Of a stretch of DNA of 64,000 nt, positions 49,133 to 64,000 are shown piece after piece. Made by a program: the position numbers and the translations under genes. This DNA comes from Paraphysomonas bandaiensis. Its lineage: Eukaryota; Protista; Chrysophyceae. The notes under the pieces are model-generated. The model was not told the DNA's origin and ran no database searches. It worked only from the letters and a program-made list of their open reading frames with translations. Location: contig CBFFRP010000120.1 in assembly GCA_965644295.1 (NCBI GenBank), positions 1 through 64,000 of the forward strand. The letters run 5' to 3'. Position 1 is the stretch's first letter. Every line of letters begins with the position of its first letter.

Positions 49133-50619
49133 ATATTCTCAGAAATTGATATTTAGTTGTGATAGAAGTGTATTGATGTGTGTGTAATGTGCCTATATAT
49201 ATATATATATGTGTGTGTGTATAGTGAGGTGACTATGTATATATATATATATGGACTCATATATATATATAGATTGGTTGGGTGGGAACCTGTTTCAGTT
49301 TATTGAAGAGATGACTGTTAAAGATATGATAATATGGCCACCTTGAGCTAATGATAAAATCAGATATAAAAAGTGCGATAATTATTCAAAAATACCAATT
49401 TTAATAAGTAAAATGTGAAATATCAGTTATTTACAACAGTATTTGACAAAAAAATATAGAAAAGCATTTTTTATATTAATTTTTTACACCATCAAAATCA
49501 GGGTTTTTTGTCCAACACTCTGGAAACCAAGAGACTACTACAATGTACATGATGCGACATGAGCGGCACTTAATTCTAAGAAATTTCAGCAATCAGGAAG
49601 GACTTTACAACTCTACTAAACAACCCTTAGAGAGTGGAACTCAGTGAGAAAGAAGATCATCTGGTGATAGGATGTGTTCCCTCTTCTCCTCAGGTTCAGT
49701 TATCAACAATATACTGTAATATCCCGTGTATATGTTCATACTATATATACACACATCTATCTATACGTGTACTTACATATATACATATATATACATATAG
49801 ACATCATAGAATCTTATAGTTCCTAATAACAAAAAAGATAATACACACTATTCAATGAAACTCATTCATTCGCATAAATACTGTGAACTCATATACAACT
49901 TAGCTTCTGGAGCAGTGCATAAAAGGATAAGAGGATTTGTGCTAGTTAGTTACAGGTAGAAGTCGATCAAGCTTGCTTACTCTTCTCTAACTACTTATAG
50001 GGTGTTGGTTCTTTACGCGTACAGCTAATAATAATAAGACTTACAATATGTAAATTATACGTATGTTATCATATTCGTGTTATGGTGTAATTAGTAATTA
50101 CTGTTTCGGATACTATATGTTAAAATGACCGATTTTTTTACGAGTACTTTAATGCTTTATATTTTCCGACTCAGGGCTTTTGTGCATATACTTGATCATT
50201 GTTGGAAGTGAGCACCTTGAGGAGGATGAGACTCGTTCTTAGTTCTTATTGATTTATATGTGCGGGGTGTATTTTGTTCATGTATTAATCAATTCGATAT
50301 CTATAGGGCTCTATTTTCTTAATTATAAGGAATCATAACATTCGCATCTAAAATATAAATGCATGTCACAAGATAATAATTTCACAGTGAAGCACTTCTA
50401 CACTGTAAGCTAAAATGCATTCAGTTTTGTATCCACTACTCCTACATGGGTCCTAAACACCCACATGACCTTCCTAATATTCAATATACGTGAATAGTTA
50501 AACTATATGCTCCTGCGTCAGAGCATACCAAGGGTAACTTATGAGTTAGTCAATACCGAGATAGAGAAGTCGAAGCCAAGCGTATACATATATTAAAAGA
50601 CAAAAACATACAATAGATT

Positions 50620-52409
50620 TCAATGGTCCCAAAAAGACGGTAGACAGTGCTTGCGCTGAAACATTGTAAACTTTTGCGAAATGTTGTACTGTCGTTGAAA
50701 TTCAAGAAGCGCTAAACTAGTATTCGTTTTCTCTGCTATGACAGCATTGTATGCACGCGTCTCTGCATACTTCTTCTTTCCTAACGTTAGTTCCTGTCGA
50801 ACAAGGACGTCTACTGACATTGTTGCACGAACAGTAACATCCAATTTCAAATAACGGAACAGCTCTTGATGAGACACCAAGCCCCCCATATTCTTTACCT
50901 AATGCAGGCGCATAAATTAGAATCATCCATAAAAAATACTGGACATCATATATATGTTGTGAGAGAGAAAACATACGTTATGATAAATCATACTGTCTCT
51001 AATTCTTCTTGTGACGGCGCCAGATTGAGGCCCTTCAAGGACACTTGTACTGATCTTTTCTCCATAATAAGTTTTTCCTTGAGGCAGCACCAGGACTGAT
51101 ATGTTATACAACCATAATACATATCCAAGCAGAACCTACAAAATACATCCATAAATTCGAGAAACATGTAGCATACAGCAGCCAAGTAAAGTTCATACAT
51201 CGTGAGTTCCTTTCCACTCAAGCTGCGCGCTCGTAATCCCATTGGCAACTACCGCTGGCCAAATAGTTTCAATTGCTTTTCTACATAAATCATGGTCACA
51301 GTCTACTACTGCAATAGAAAACAAATGCACAGTACACAGAGCACCATTGCGAAAACATCACACACAATCTAGCGATGCACATGACTACAAAAGGGCAACA
51401 ACAGCAATTTACTCTCAGACTACCTTGATAAAATCGCTGGCATGGCCATTCTAAACTTCTTGTGACACTCCGGAAACTCTCGCATTCTACGGAATTCGCC
51501 TGCCTACAGCACAGTAAAACACATATGACGGCGTATTTGTGTGTTCATGGTACAGGGGCGAATATTGGATCAATATAAAGGAACCATATTTATGCAACAT
51601 CCTGAAATCGTACGAACGTAAAAGCATGCTTCCCACCTTCTCGCTCGACACATAGGCTATGGCATTGGTCGCCGGATTAGTAAATGACAAAAATGACATC
51701 AGCGCATGCGGTCGTATGAGTACATCATCGTCAATAAACACAAACCAGTCAGTGGCATGCAGTGAGATCGCGGTATAGTAGTATCGGATAGCTTCTTGGC
51801 ACCGGCAAGTTGGTCCTAAAAACAGTATTGTGAGCAACTGGTGGTAGAATATTGCAAGTATATACAAAGTAGCACCTACGATAAAACTATACAGTGGAAA
51901 TATACACTAAGATTCTACCAATACACCACGAATAGTGTGCATACACCAGAGAAGTTATATATACATAAGCATGTGTCCATATTGCACTGACTCAATTAGA
52001 CAACGATCACAAAAAGAACATTATGCACACAAAGATATCAACTATAAAACATAAAATAAAGCAATTCATACATACCGATACCATAATATTCTCCAGTACA
52101 GTTAGCAGAAAACAATACTTTAAACTTGGAGCCACTATTAGTGTGACACTGATAGGGAATCATTGCATCCATTGAAGGTGTTTGAGGTCGTTTAGCTATT
52201 AATTTCCGTGTATTCCATTTATTCTTAATTATAAAACAATTCATATCAAGATACTGTTTATCTTCTACATTACGTCCCATAATAAAATATAAGTGAGGGA
52301 ATAGAGCCCCCCATGAGTCAGCTAATGGGATTATACGGTTATGTAATGCTTGTTTATTAGGGGTAGTAGTGGCTAGAATAAAGATTGCAATAGATGTGAT
52401 TGTTAACAT
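50620..52409 (-). CDS. Fringe/GT31-like glycosyltransferase (multi-exon)
   Basis: RIIPLADSWG, C..EYYG|GPTCRC, DWFVFIDDDVLIR (DDD motif). Exon boundaries approximate. Confidence 0.65.
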
Positions 52410-53611
52410 TTGTATCTTCTATGAGATGTGAACTTTAATGACAATCCACTGTATGGTAATTGTTACATACATATATACCTACATGATGTGTGTATATATA
52501 CAGTATGTTTATATATATTGGCACACTGTGGGACATAAAAATCTATAATAGGAGAGTTGTGACCAAAATAACGCCTATTTTTAGCTAAGAAAATTGTAGA
52601 AATGTGAAAAAATTAGGCTTGTGTCCACAGCATACAAGAGAGTATCTAAATCTCCGAATATCCTACAATATGTGATAAAAATATGCCATATCCTAATCTA
52701 GTTATCATAAAAATCCCAATATTTATCTTCACAAGAGTAACTGTGAACTGCATGAGATATCACACTTGAACGCTTCAATACACAAGGGACACTATCTTGA
52801 CATTGTGGAGGACCTGATGAATAAAATCAACAGATGCATTCACATCTTGATAAAAACGATCGATATCACCCAGCAGTGTTGGTGAAGAGGACACAGCAAA
52901 CCTGAAGAATCACCTGGAGGGAATTTTAAAAGGTGTAGAGCTATGCTAGCTTTAGCTTGATATGTTCACTGTAATCAACATTGCACGAAGGTAATATAAA
53001 ATATAGGCCCAAATGGTATTCACGAAGAGAAGTATTCACAGCCTCGGTGTTGAGTGTATAAGTATTCTGGCCTTCTTGTTATATATGGAATTTAGCATTT
53101 AGCCTATATCCTATATAGTATATAACTACTGAGTCCATCCACCAAAGGTGTTGGTAGATAGAATGAAAGGTCTCATAGAGATCCTACCGTGTAAAAATGT
53201 AGTCAAAGTAGAATCTACAACTATACTGTTAATACAGGCCGACTCGTACTAGTAAGTAGTAAGTAGTATGACTTCGAACAAAATACTAAGCAAATTGATA
53301 TCTCACTGTTACTGATTAATTTCCTGCTACAAGAATTAAGAGAATACTACTACGACCGATACTGTTACAATCATTACCAGTATGTAGAAATTGAGTTATG
53401 GAGTACAGGTAAATTCGGCATTCAATGCCAAACTTACCTCTATACTTCCGTCTACTCATAAACATAAGTATTCTAACTGCTAAAAAAAATCATGTCGAAC
53501 TAATGTGTTAAAACTAATACAAAAGATTTTCTCAAATCACTGAGCTTCGAGCATGCTGCAAGTGTCAATCAAGCAGTCTGCTGTTCTATGAACATTGTCC
53601 ACACCAAAATA

Positions 53612-55490
53612 TCACATTTCAGTTTTTGTCTCGTCCATAAATTTCACATCGTCCATAACGATGTCTTTACCTGCTGCAGGAAGATCATGTTCACCCACAG
53701 ACTTTCTACCCCGCTCGGCGTCGTCATGACACGGCTCTGGGGTACATGTGGCAACGCCGCGTACAGAAACTGAGCATTCCGCGGAACCACGCCCAGAATG
53801 GCAGATTCCAACATTCCGTTCAGAGTGATACATATCAGAAGTGCCAATACTCCGTATACCCCGGCATGCTCCATCGAATCTCAATTGTTGCGGTGGCACC
53901 GCAACAATACTTGTGCTACAGTGCATATGGGCCGGCTTGTTGTACTTTCTCAGCACACTCATGAAGCCCGAGGTGTGAAGAGAATAGTGATGCGCAGCAA
54001 TTCTTTCCACGACTGGGTATAACTCTTTTTCGGAGTAGTGGGAATAATACTGCATTGTGGCACTCCACACTGGCTCTCCAACCGTTCTTGTGTACTATAG
54101 AGTGCATACATGACATGACGTATGAATGAAATATAAATATTGCATACTATGTTATCTTGATAAAAACAAATCTTTCATACACTAGGTATAAAATTACTAC
54201 CTGGTGAGTCAGGTGCATGATTGCAGCCGCTACCAAAGACATCCTGAACTGGTTGAAGGAATAGTTCTACCAATTAATATGTCAATATGCCGTTATATAC
54301 ATTGTATCATATCAATATATAAGGAAAAAGTAGACACAAATATAATCAGTCAACTGCGACTGTCAGTGTTTTTACCTGCAGCGTCACATCCAGTAGCATG
54401 CGCGCCAGAGATTCTTCTCTGCGGAACTTTCCTCGTGGCTCGTCATGTGGTTTCTTGTCTCCACCATCAATGCGAGACACCAGGAGTAGACGATTTAAAA
54501 AAAACACTCGGGTGGGACGAACAGTCTCAAAATTGATGCAATCAAGTACCAGCTGCTCCATAGAAATCATATTTTCTCGATTGAAACAGCGATCAGCAAT
54601 GCTAACAAAATCAGCAATAGAGGGGACCTGCAAACGAATAAACTAACATTTCTTGCATCATATCTCATGCGCATAATACCTTAATTTGCTCCAATTTTGC
54701 TGCAAGAAGAATACACGCGCATCCGAGTAGCTGAAACTTACTTCTCGGCACACTTGCACGATTCAAGCAGTCGTCCATAATATGCACTCCCAGACACAAT
54801 GCAGAATGCTCGATCGTAGATGATGTCGCATCAAGTAGCCAGTCCACCAGGGTAGAGTGCATATGAGGGGTGATTTCATTCTGTGTACGCTGAAACACTG
54901 CACGAGTGGCTACCGCAGACAGCACGTATTTGGTCTAAAAGTAATATATATTAATCGATATACAACAATTGTAGTAACAACAATAATATAAAAGCACATT
55001 CAACTACGATATTCCATATCGCTGCGTCATACATATACTAACCTCCATCGAAAAATTGTGTTGGAGTATAGAATGGGAATAGGTTGGATCATACGCGTCT
55101 AAAGAATCAGCATCTACGCATGCGTCGACATCCTTTACTCCTGAAGGAATATGCATCAAATCTCCCGATTTTTGCTTACTTAAAAGTCGTTTTTGAGCCA
55201 TTTTAGTTGGAGGTGGACTGTATATCTTGAATATATCTGAAGCCCATCATAACCACATCGCTTATATGTATACATATGTATATATTCACTACACTCTCAC
55301 CTGATATGATTAACTTCTCTGTCTCCTCTGAATGTATGGCGTTATTGATTTCACACAATCCTCTTTTCTTCCGAATGGAATCGACAGATTGTAATGGCTC
55401 CTATTAACACATGTGATCATATGATATGTATGTCTATGTATGTGTATGTATGTATGTGTATGTATGTATGTATGAACACACCTGTAGCAT
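53612..55490 (-). CDS. Cyclin (A/B-like, divergent), multi-exon
   Basis: QNEITPHMHSTLVDWL, FQLLGCACILLAAKLEQ, ISMEQLVL, WSATMQYYSHYSEKEL, and an N-terminal D-box-like KRGLCEINN. The start is inferred from splicing. Confidence 0.85.
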
Positions 55491-57312
55491 TAAGCTCACT
55501 GTAAGAGTCAATAGATTACTATTCCCATTAAATCATTTCATTTTTAATGAAATCTATAGAAACTATTATGTGATATAAGTCTCTATATATTACCAAGAGC
55601 TCTGTACATTACTTCCATATATATATATATGCATACATACATACATACATGTAGTGTACATACATATATGTATGTACAGAGCAGCAGTGTATGTACAGCA
55701 GTATGTGTATGTATGGTATGTACTCTATAAGTATGTACGTAGATGCAAGTGGGAACATCTCCCTACCAAAGATTCTATAGTAAGGGTTCCTCCTCCCACC
55801 ACACACTCCTATTAGCCAATAGTTAAGTATTATGATAATATCATTCGTCATAAAGATACAGGAGTATGAGTATGTGAAAAAAACACTTGCTGACAATCGG
55901 TTTAACCCAATAACAGACACACATATACTTTGTAGCAGTATCGTATACTGCTGTACATACGGTGGAAAAATAAGGCTTTTTATATTTTGCTGAATTCGAA
56001 AAATCGGCTTTTTCTAGAGTTTGCTATATTTTTTGTGTGTGCAAAGCAAAGTCGTCTAAATTGGGACAACATTGTGGGTAGTCCTATATTTGCTATATGA
56101 GTCGGAGGGTAGCATTGTGACCAAGAAGCTAATCGAAGACGAACTGGCAGTTGTACTGCATGAATCACTGTGATACACACTATTCTTATACCTGTCATGG
56201 TTAGGAGATGCCTTCAGAAACTCCACTCCCTCTTTGCCGGCCATATGGCATCACACTGCAGCCTCCACAAGACTGCTCTGTGTCTAATTGAGGGCACCTC
56301 AGTGCCTCCTGTTCACAAATGTCTATATGCCTAAGGTCTTGGTATCGCTTCCTAGGAGCAGAACCGTGAGAATTTGTAGCTCATTCATTGCAAATTGTAA
56401 ATGTAGAAAGTGATTATTGAATTTTTGTGTGGATGTAGATGTCAGTTGATATTTTCAAGTACAATATTTGTTATTAAGATATACATTTATGTAACGCAAT
56501 TCTCTCTATTTATTGTGTTTTATTTAGTCCTACTTTTCATCATCTATTACTGTAGTCTATATTCACAATATACAGTGTTTCTGGCAGTATGTATTCACAG
56601 ACACCACTGGGCATTGATGCAGCCCTTTAATGAGTTTTATAGTGTTGTACGACAGAGATAATACTTTCTTACAATTTCATTCTGATTGCGGTTCGTATAA
56701 GCGTGTACACACAAAAGGTATACAATGGCTTGAAATCCCTGCACATACTTGAGTCAGGTTCCTACTCTAGTGGTCTTAAAATTGGCTCTGTGTCCTTCTT
56801 CTTTTGTCAACAGTTCTTTTGAATGTATCCCTTCTTGTTGCATTTAGGATAAAAATGTACAATGTTTTGGTCAATAGATCCTTCAATTGACCCTTAGCTT
56901 GTTCGCACCTATGACATATAGCTACCATCTTATCGAAAGATAAAGCTGTTCCAAGTCAGATTATTCAGGTTCTAATGTTGCTTACAGTTTAGTGTTTTTT
57001 AATGCATCTGTAGGGGATTCACCCAACTCAGCCGCGTTTGCATAATTCAGTTGAGTCGATACTGCTGTATACTATCTCTCCAGGTGAAATTTCACTAATA
57101 TAGTTATATTTTACCACGGGCAAAACGAAGTTTCAAAACTTAGACAAGGGATGATGCCCTTTATTCCTAGTAGATGAAATTGTAGTCTATCCTTGTAATG
57201 TAGCTAGAGTGTATAGCTATTGTAGCTTGCTTGCTGTAAAAAGAAATAGGTGTTCCCTGATTAACATTATGAAAACAAAAGAAACACCAAAATCCTGCTT
57301 TAAAACAATGAC

Positions 57313-57672
57313 ATATTGAAAGTCTTATTATTTACCTATAGGCGTTAAAAATCTGCACCAATGTAGTGGCTAGCTGAATGCTAGACAGACTATTTAGACC
57401 TTTATCCATAACTAATCAGCACTCTATTATACTACTATTTTGCGCTACATTAGCTGCTTTTGCGTCGCAAGCACCACGGTGCGACCACTTCCGTCCTTAT
57501 TGTTGATTGTGAGTTTCACCATGATCGTATGTCCCAGGACTCACTGGCGCGTGTTATCAGGGGGTCTCCCCTCTTGGGATGAGATTCCACTGGGCTTTTT
57601 GTGGTGGTACCGGGTTCTGTAGGAAGGTCCTGAGTGTACCGAGTGCTAGGTGTGTGGGCTGAGAGTTGGGTG
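57313..57672 (+). mobile_element. Dispersed repeat family copy (terminal segment + internal part B)
   Basis: Reverse complement of 9265-9626. Confidence 0.75.
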
Positions 57673-57680
57673 GGGAGTTG

Positions 57681-57720
57681 GAATGTGAATGTGAAATGTG
57701 AATGTGGAATGTGAATGTGG
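57681..57720. repeat. Imperfect (GAATGT)n microsatellite
   Basis: GAATGTGAATGTGAAATGTGAATGTGGAATGTGAATGTGG. Confidence 0.8.
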
Positions 57721-58653
57721 CGCTGTCTCAGTGCACTGTTTGGGCCTCGGGCATAGGTAGAGTTGCCGGAGACGGCGTAAAACAATGGCAGTTACGTAAG
57801 GAAGTGATATTTGGACTAGACTAATTTCTGTAATACACCTACAACAAATATACCCCTACCACAAAAGGATACTGAGGGAATAGCAACTGCGAGGTATTGA
57901 AATTCGTACATAAGTGTGTTGATGAATATGAAAAATAGTAGACGCACGAAGCTGCTTGAAGTACAACCCTGAAAGGGCTGGGTGCCATTGCTCCTAATCA
58001 CCTATACCCTATACAGCAACAGAAGTATTGTTTCGAAGTTCAGGTTACGAAGACAGGTCGCTTGCACTTTCAGCATTATGATCTCCTACAGCAGATGAGG
58101 GATGGAAGATGACTTGGAATGTGATGGTGAATGTCTATATTATGAGCATTCTGTTGAATGTTGTGCCCAATTCAGGTCAAAACTTTTTTCGAGATCAATT
58201 AAAATGTATTAATTATTCCGTAGTGAAGGGCTAAAGTGCTGAAACGCCAGTATAAAGTCTAGCAAGAACTGAAAGGAAACAAAGCTTAAATTAATATATA
58301 ATGCTCAATGTCACCACGAATTGAACTAATTGAAAACACCAATATTTATTTATCACTTTATATTAAAAAGTTAACAATGAGTGATATTGATTAAAAAATA
58401 TGTTTATAGCAAAAATGGTAAACCCTCACTAAAGTTGTACAATTCGATCGCAATATGCCATATGTTGCTGAGTGGAAAAATCACTCTAATGAATCAATGA
58501 TAAATGTATCACTGTAGCGCTACGACAGGCTTTTTTAATTCAATGAATAGGAAAATGATACATCTGTGATATGAATACTCATATAACGTCAACATTGCAA
58601 CAAGGGACTTAGTATATATTGCAGCTCGCGTGATCATGATGACATACTCCGAC

Positions 58654-61600
58654 TTAGAGATAACAATGTTCAACAGCCCTAACTTCTGAAGACAGCTCAT
58701 CCATGGACTTATAACCCTCATCTTGTTCTCCACCAGCCCCACGAGTATTCTGGGAATTCATTCTGGCAATGGGCGGGGCTGTTGTTTCTCTCTGTCTTGT
58801 GGCTACACTAATCGCCCTTGGCGAGTAAGAGTCGAACGACAGCATACCCCATATCGAGTGCATTCCTGTACGTTTCCCACGGAGTCGCTGCTGTCCTGTT
58901 TCAAATTCCATATCTGAACTTTCAAAATTATGTTTTTCTACAGCGTCATCAGACGTATTAAAGCATTCCGCGCTCTCGACTTCACGGTTCTTCGGCGAAA
59001 ATAGATTCTTCGGAGAAAAGGATTCGAGCATCAACGTACTCCACGTTGGACGACGAACAGCCGCAGAAGTATTCGACTGGTGTTGCTCTCCTGATGTACC
59101 AAGAATTGTGTCTGCAGGGCACATGCCCTCATCAACATTCAACTCTTCTTCATTGCCACCTATACGTTCTTCGAAAAATCTTCGACCAGTTTGAGCAATT
59201 CTGGTTTCATTCTCTTGCTTACCCTCTCCTTTCTCTAGACGACTGTTAATATCACGTGGAGAGTGTGTCATGACACGGGGCGATTCTGTGTGGAAGAATC
59301 GTCTAGGGGAAAGACTCTCCAACATCATATCGTTCCATGACGGATCTTTTTTTCCTAAACTACCTAGACAAGACGACCCTTCACAGTCATCACCTGAATC
59401 ATTATCAAAGTCATCCTTGTCAACATCGATATCGTCTTCCTCAATTGTTGGGGGAGGTTGTACAATACAACTACTCCTTCGCTTATCCCAATGGCCGTCA
59501 TATAATTTCCCAATGTCTTGTGTTGCAGAATCCATATCGGCATTCAATACTCTGGGAGAAGCAGATTCTGAGGTTTGCACTAGTGCGGCTTTACGTAAGG
59601 ACTGCATACGCTTTTTATGTTTCCAGAAAATATAAATCGCAATCTGATAAACTAACACAACCATGACAATTGCAGATATCCATGGCTTCCTTATTGCCAC
59701 AGAAATAGTATAGAACAGCGCGGTAATGAAAGCCGGCTGTATTGTATGTACTGTAACAGTGGTTAGGAGAAGTTCATTGGTAATATGTTGAATACATACC
59801 AATCAGGCGCTGAATAGATAGTGGTAGTGTACCAATGCTTTTCATTATTCCAACAACAGTTAGCGCTGATGCCCACCGGTTCAGAAGATTAAACATTCGA
59901 TGGTATATAGGTAAGGACTGTACTTTCAAAGTGTTTCGAATTTCATCGGCTAACCGACCACCCATATACGTTCGATAAGATAGAATGACCGAACTCTCAA
60001 AGAGATGTGGGAACTCGTTAGCCACTTGGTTGGAAACGAACATATACTGTGGGACATTCAGTAAAAGATTCCTGGGAGGGGCTTCGCAAAAAGATGTATC
60101 TACAGCACGGTACAGAGCTTGTACGGCCTTCTCGACATCATCGCGAGCCTGTTTCAAAGTTATAGTTATACGTTTACTAGCACCATATATACTACCAATG
60201 AAGGCACCGAATAATTGATCCACACACATTCCATCGTCTACAAAACACTGTTAACAAAATAATGCAGAAAAATAGGTTAACCGATACCTCGTACAGGCAC
60301 ACCTCAATGACCATCTCTACAGCCCAATTAGAACAGTAACAACAATGTGAATACTAAAAAACTTACGGATTGCACAGGCTGTGATATAGCTATACTGCCA
60401 GAACTTATCACGATGACTTGCGCGCAATAAAGTAAAGAGTATGAAAAACATGTTAATCAGAAACACGATAAACCAAGTTGCACCCTTCGCAAATTTCGTA
60501 ACAACAAAGCTATGCTTGAACCTGGATAAAAATATTTTAACATGAGTTGTGAGATAATACGCCTTCTCACTCTTCTTCTGTCTTGTATTCATATATTTTA
60601 GCCTCAGGAGTAGTCCTGAATATGAATTACTACGATAGGGTGGTTCAGTAGTATCAAGGTGTTACCGTCCAAGGAAGTCGGAAACAAACAAGTGACAAAG
60701 CTCCAGTCCGACTGATAAAGTTACACACACTTTAGAAAGTATGATATCCTTACATACCATGTATGTCTGATGCGTACTTAAGTTTCTCAATTTTTGCTTT
60801 AGCTATTCTATCCACACTAATAATCTCTTTCTGTATGAAGGCCGTGATGGAAATGTGTCGTTCGCCACACAAACTTCTTGGTCGAGTAAATACCCTTACT
60901 TCACCGGTTTCTCTGTCCACGCTGCGATGAATTCAGGTTACTACGTCACCAAGAAAGTACAGCACACTTACAGCCAGGAGCTGCAAAACCGCCGCCTAGA
61001 TTCCCCATTCAGTACATGGCATTGTCGGGACAGTAATGACATGAACTCAGAATAAGTGTCACTTGATTTCTTTGTTACACCACATGGCAGCTTGTTTGAG
61101 ACAGTCGATATCCGTGTTTCGACATCAGAATCCAAATTGGAGCTCACACTTAAACGATGTTGTGACTGCTCTCGGGATTTCCTCAAAACCATTGAGGTCA
61201 TTGCATGCGAATGAACCAGAGCAACCGACACTTTTCTTGTTTCATCTACTACAAGCTTTTCTTTCATATTGAAGAGTGTGAAGCTGCTCACCATACGAGG
61301 AACACCAGATATGGAAGAGAAAGTCTTGGTTATCACCCTACGTATTCTTTCGTTTGCATGATTAGAAGTATCAGACATAGCTTTCAGAGCTTTCTCATCG
61401 TCAGCAGTCGGCGCGGAAAGAATTTGATCAAACAAAAAGTCTTGTACAATTGTGTCACAGTTCAGCTTATACACATGTGCGTATACATACCAATAACAAA
61501 ATTCACTGGTGCAGTGAAGATCGCCATGAGGGTTCCAACAATAACTGCAGTCTAAGAGTATTTGAGTTGACGCTTTCACTCGATATACAATGATGCATAC

Positions 61601-64000
61601 CTCTGTTGTCAGCCGAACAGTCTTGTACTCACACGTATATCCAGAGCTCGATTCATTCCATTCACATATAGTCTCGTCTCTATTGAATATTGACCTTTCA
61701 TGCAGACATGATGATCTAGATTTATAAGTGGCGCATGTTCCATCATCATTAGGATACTGAAATTAAACGGTTGAAATTATACGAATACAAAAACAAATAG
61801 TATCAAATCACCTGTATGTCGTAAAATATAGCCATAATAAACATAAGCCTAAGTATTTAAGTAAGAAACTCAGAAAAAGAACATTATAATCTTACATGCT
61901 CTGAACAGTTAGCATTTGAATGGCCACTCGTATGCGCACACTGTCAGAGTCTGGTCCACGAGCAGCAAACATCTGCATTCAGAATAATCAAACCATCGCA
62001 TCCACATAATATTATTACCAATATGTAACGATGATGCTTTCTAATTTCATCAAAAAAAGATTTCCACGTGTTTCCTTCAGGTCGAAAGATCAGGGGAAAC
62101 ACGCCGTCAAAATGGTGAAGGAGGTACTTGCGGAGGGAGGCTGGGCTTTCAGAATCACCAGTCGACTTTTTCTTCATTCTCGAAGCTCTGTGCGGGACGG
62201 GAGCTGTTGTTGTCGTCACCGCGTCTTGTGGGTTTATACTGTGGTTATCAACCGCCGACACGGCAATAACAGCAAACTGAACCAGTAACCACTACAAATA
62301 AGTATTAGTAAAACTAAAAATGGAAAGTGAGAACTCACCATCGCAGCAAACATCAAAATAACAGCAATTGAGTCTTTAAGATCTTTCACTGTTAAATCGT
62401 CTGCATAGACTATCGTTTCGTAAAAATCTTTCCCGAGATACTCAGAAATGGCAACCACTTCCACAGACGTATCGGCAGTGAAGAGATCTGAGACGAGTCG
62501 TCGGCCAGAGGTCAAAAAACACTCACAAACGGCGTACGAGGGTGCAAAAGAGTGCAACTCACAGAAGGAATTCCCATTGATTTTCCCATTGATCACGACT
62601 GCACAAGTAGGCAAGGTTGTAACTAGTGGACACCTGATTGTTATATTATACTTTCTACCAGTGCATTGGTGCATGATGTTGGCACTATCTGGACACGTGT
62701 AGTTAAACACTACACCCTTCTGTCCAATGTCACATTGCCAGGTATGAGAAAAATTATGGTTACGATCCACACCAAAATTTACGTCTGAGAAGGTCGACAA
62801 GTTGAAATACACAACATCAGCGATGGAAGCTTGATCAGAAATGTACAGAGAAATGGGGTTTGAAGCCATAGTCGTGCCATTTTCATAGAGAGAAGAACTG
62901 TACTCTGAAACAGTAATATGCAAATCTTCATCAAGGCTGATACTTTTATTGACAGTCACAGTAGACGGATTCAAATCAACGAAACGCTCAATGTTTGACG
63001 CAGCTGACGAAGTCATGATATCGCCAATTTTTGTCGCAGACACTACACCGATTCTCTGGCGATAAGAACTTTCAATAACTTCCACAAACTCTTGGCCAAA
63101 CACGAGATCGCTCGATATAAGCAAACCCCACTGGCGAATAAGAGCAGTGGTATTGGTAATCTGATTTTCATTATCTGCTGTGGAATTGGATTCATACACA
63201 ACTAGACAGTTACTTAACACTGCTGGGATGTTAAGAAGAATATCAAAAGATATGTCAATGTCACCAATATTGAGTAGAAGTATATCGATAACGCGTCGTA
63301 AAATATCGCATCCAAGTTCAGTAAGCTCGTTGCTATTCCCACCAAGCAAATATAGAACATCAAGAAAATAAGGTGTGGTTCTATCTGATACACCTTCTTG
63401 GTCGGCAACATATTCAAGAGCACTAATCAAAGTAGTTCTCGTCTTCATTTTCTCAAAAATGTCGTCGTCAGGGAGCGCACAACTTAACCCACCATACCCG
63501 CTGTCACAAATACACATCACTTTACACAGCGGATCGCCTACTAGGCATGAGCTGACTGCAGCTCTTCGGTGAATATGTGACTTAAAACAAGTACCATGCC
63601 CTGAACAGTCCGACGGACAGCTTTTCTCCGGCCGAACACAACTTTCACTTATGCAGTCATAAAAGAGTTCACATTCCACGGAAGATATACACTCGCCAGA
63701 CACAGACATAACCGGTGCAGAAAACTCCACATTCACTACGCCGCTGTTGTCATTTTCCGGATAACACAGTGTGTTGCCAGGTCCCACTTCGCCCGCGAAA
63801 CTGTCTTTGCAAGTACCACATATATCATTGGCATGTACACAAGTGTTTCGATTCCACGACGAGCAGTCAATTGTACAATTGTGAGAGTTAATAGTCGAGA
63901 CGCCCCATGAGACAGTCTGTCTCATGTGGTCCGTGCTAGTCTCCGCGGTACCATACATGACGCTACTTTCAATGATGGAACCAAGTTCAGCTATATCCAG
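58654..64000 (-). CDS. Large polycystin/REJ-GPS-like membrane protein with EGF-like Cys-rich modules (3' part; 5' end outside window)
   Basis: EGF-like CPSDCSGHGTC...CICDSGYGGLSC, a GPS-like CELHSFAPSYAVCEC before several TM exons, and a disordered acidic tail. Confidence 0.65.

Overview
Eukaryotic nuclear DNA, AT-rich, with short GT-AG introns. The gene families suggest a stramenopile, possibly a chrysophyte (inference). Protein genes: ARP4 (3' part), WNK kinase, PKA catalytic subunit, an RRM plus inactivated-ureohydrolase fusion, a C2H2/3CxxC zinc-finger protein ending in a CaaX box, a TLDc protein, an SGNH hydrolase, a degenerate hybrid histidine kinase, the DEAD-box helicase DDX55/Spb4, a Fringe/GT31-like glycosyltransferase, a cyclin and the 3' part of a large polycystin/GPS-like membrane protein. 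Mobile DNA: an intact Ty1/copia element (identical 293-bp TA...CA LTRs, 5-bp TSD) apparently nested in an older inverted-repeat element, a 725-bp Mutator-like element with a 9-bp TSD, and MITEs. The main finding is that the ~5.9-kb 'satellite' in one DDX55 intron is a head-to-tail array of 32 copies (counted by eye) of a dual-guide box C/D snoRNA of the snR78/U52 + U53 (plant snoR37) type. All copies are sense to the host transcript and nearly invariant, and they are separated by microsatellite-containing spacers.
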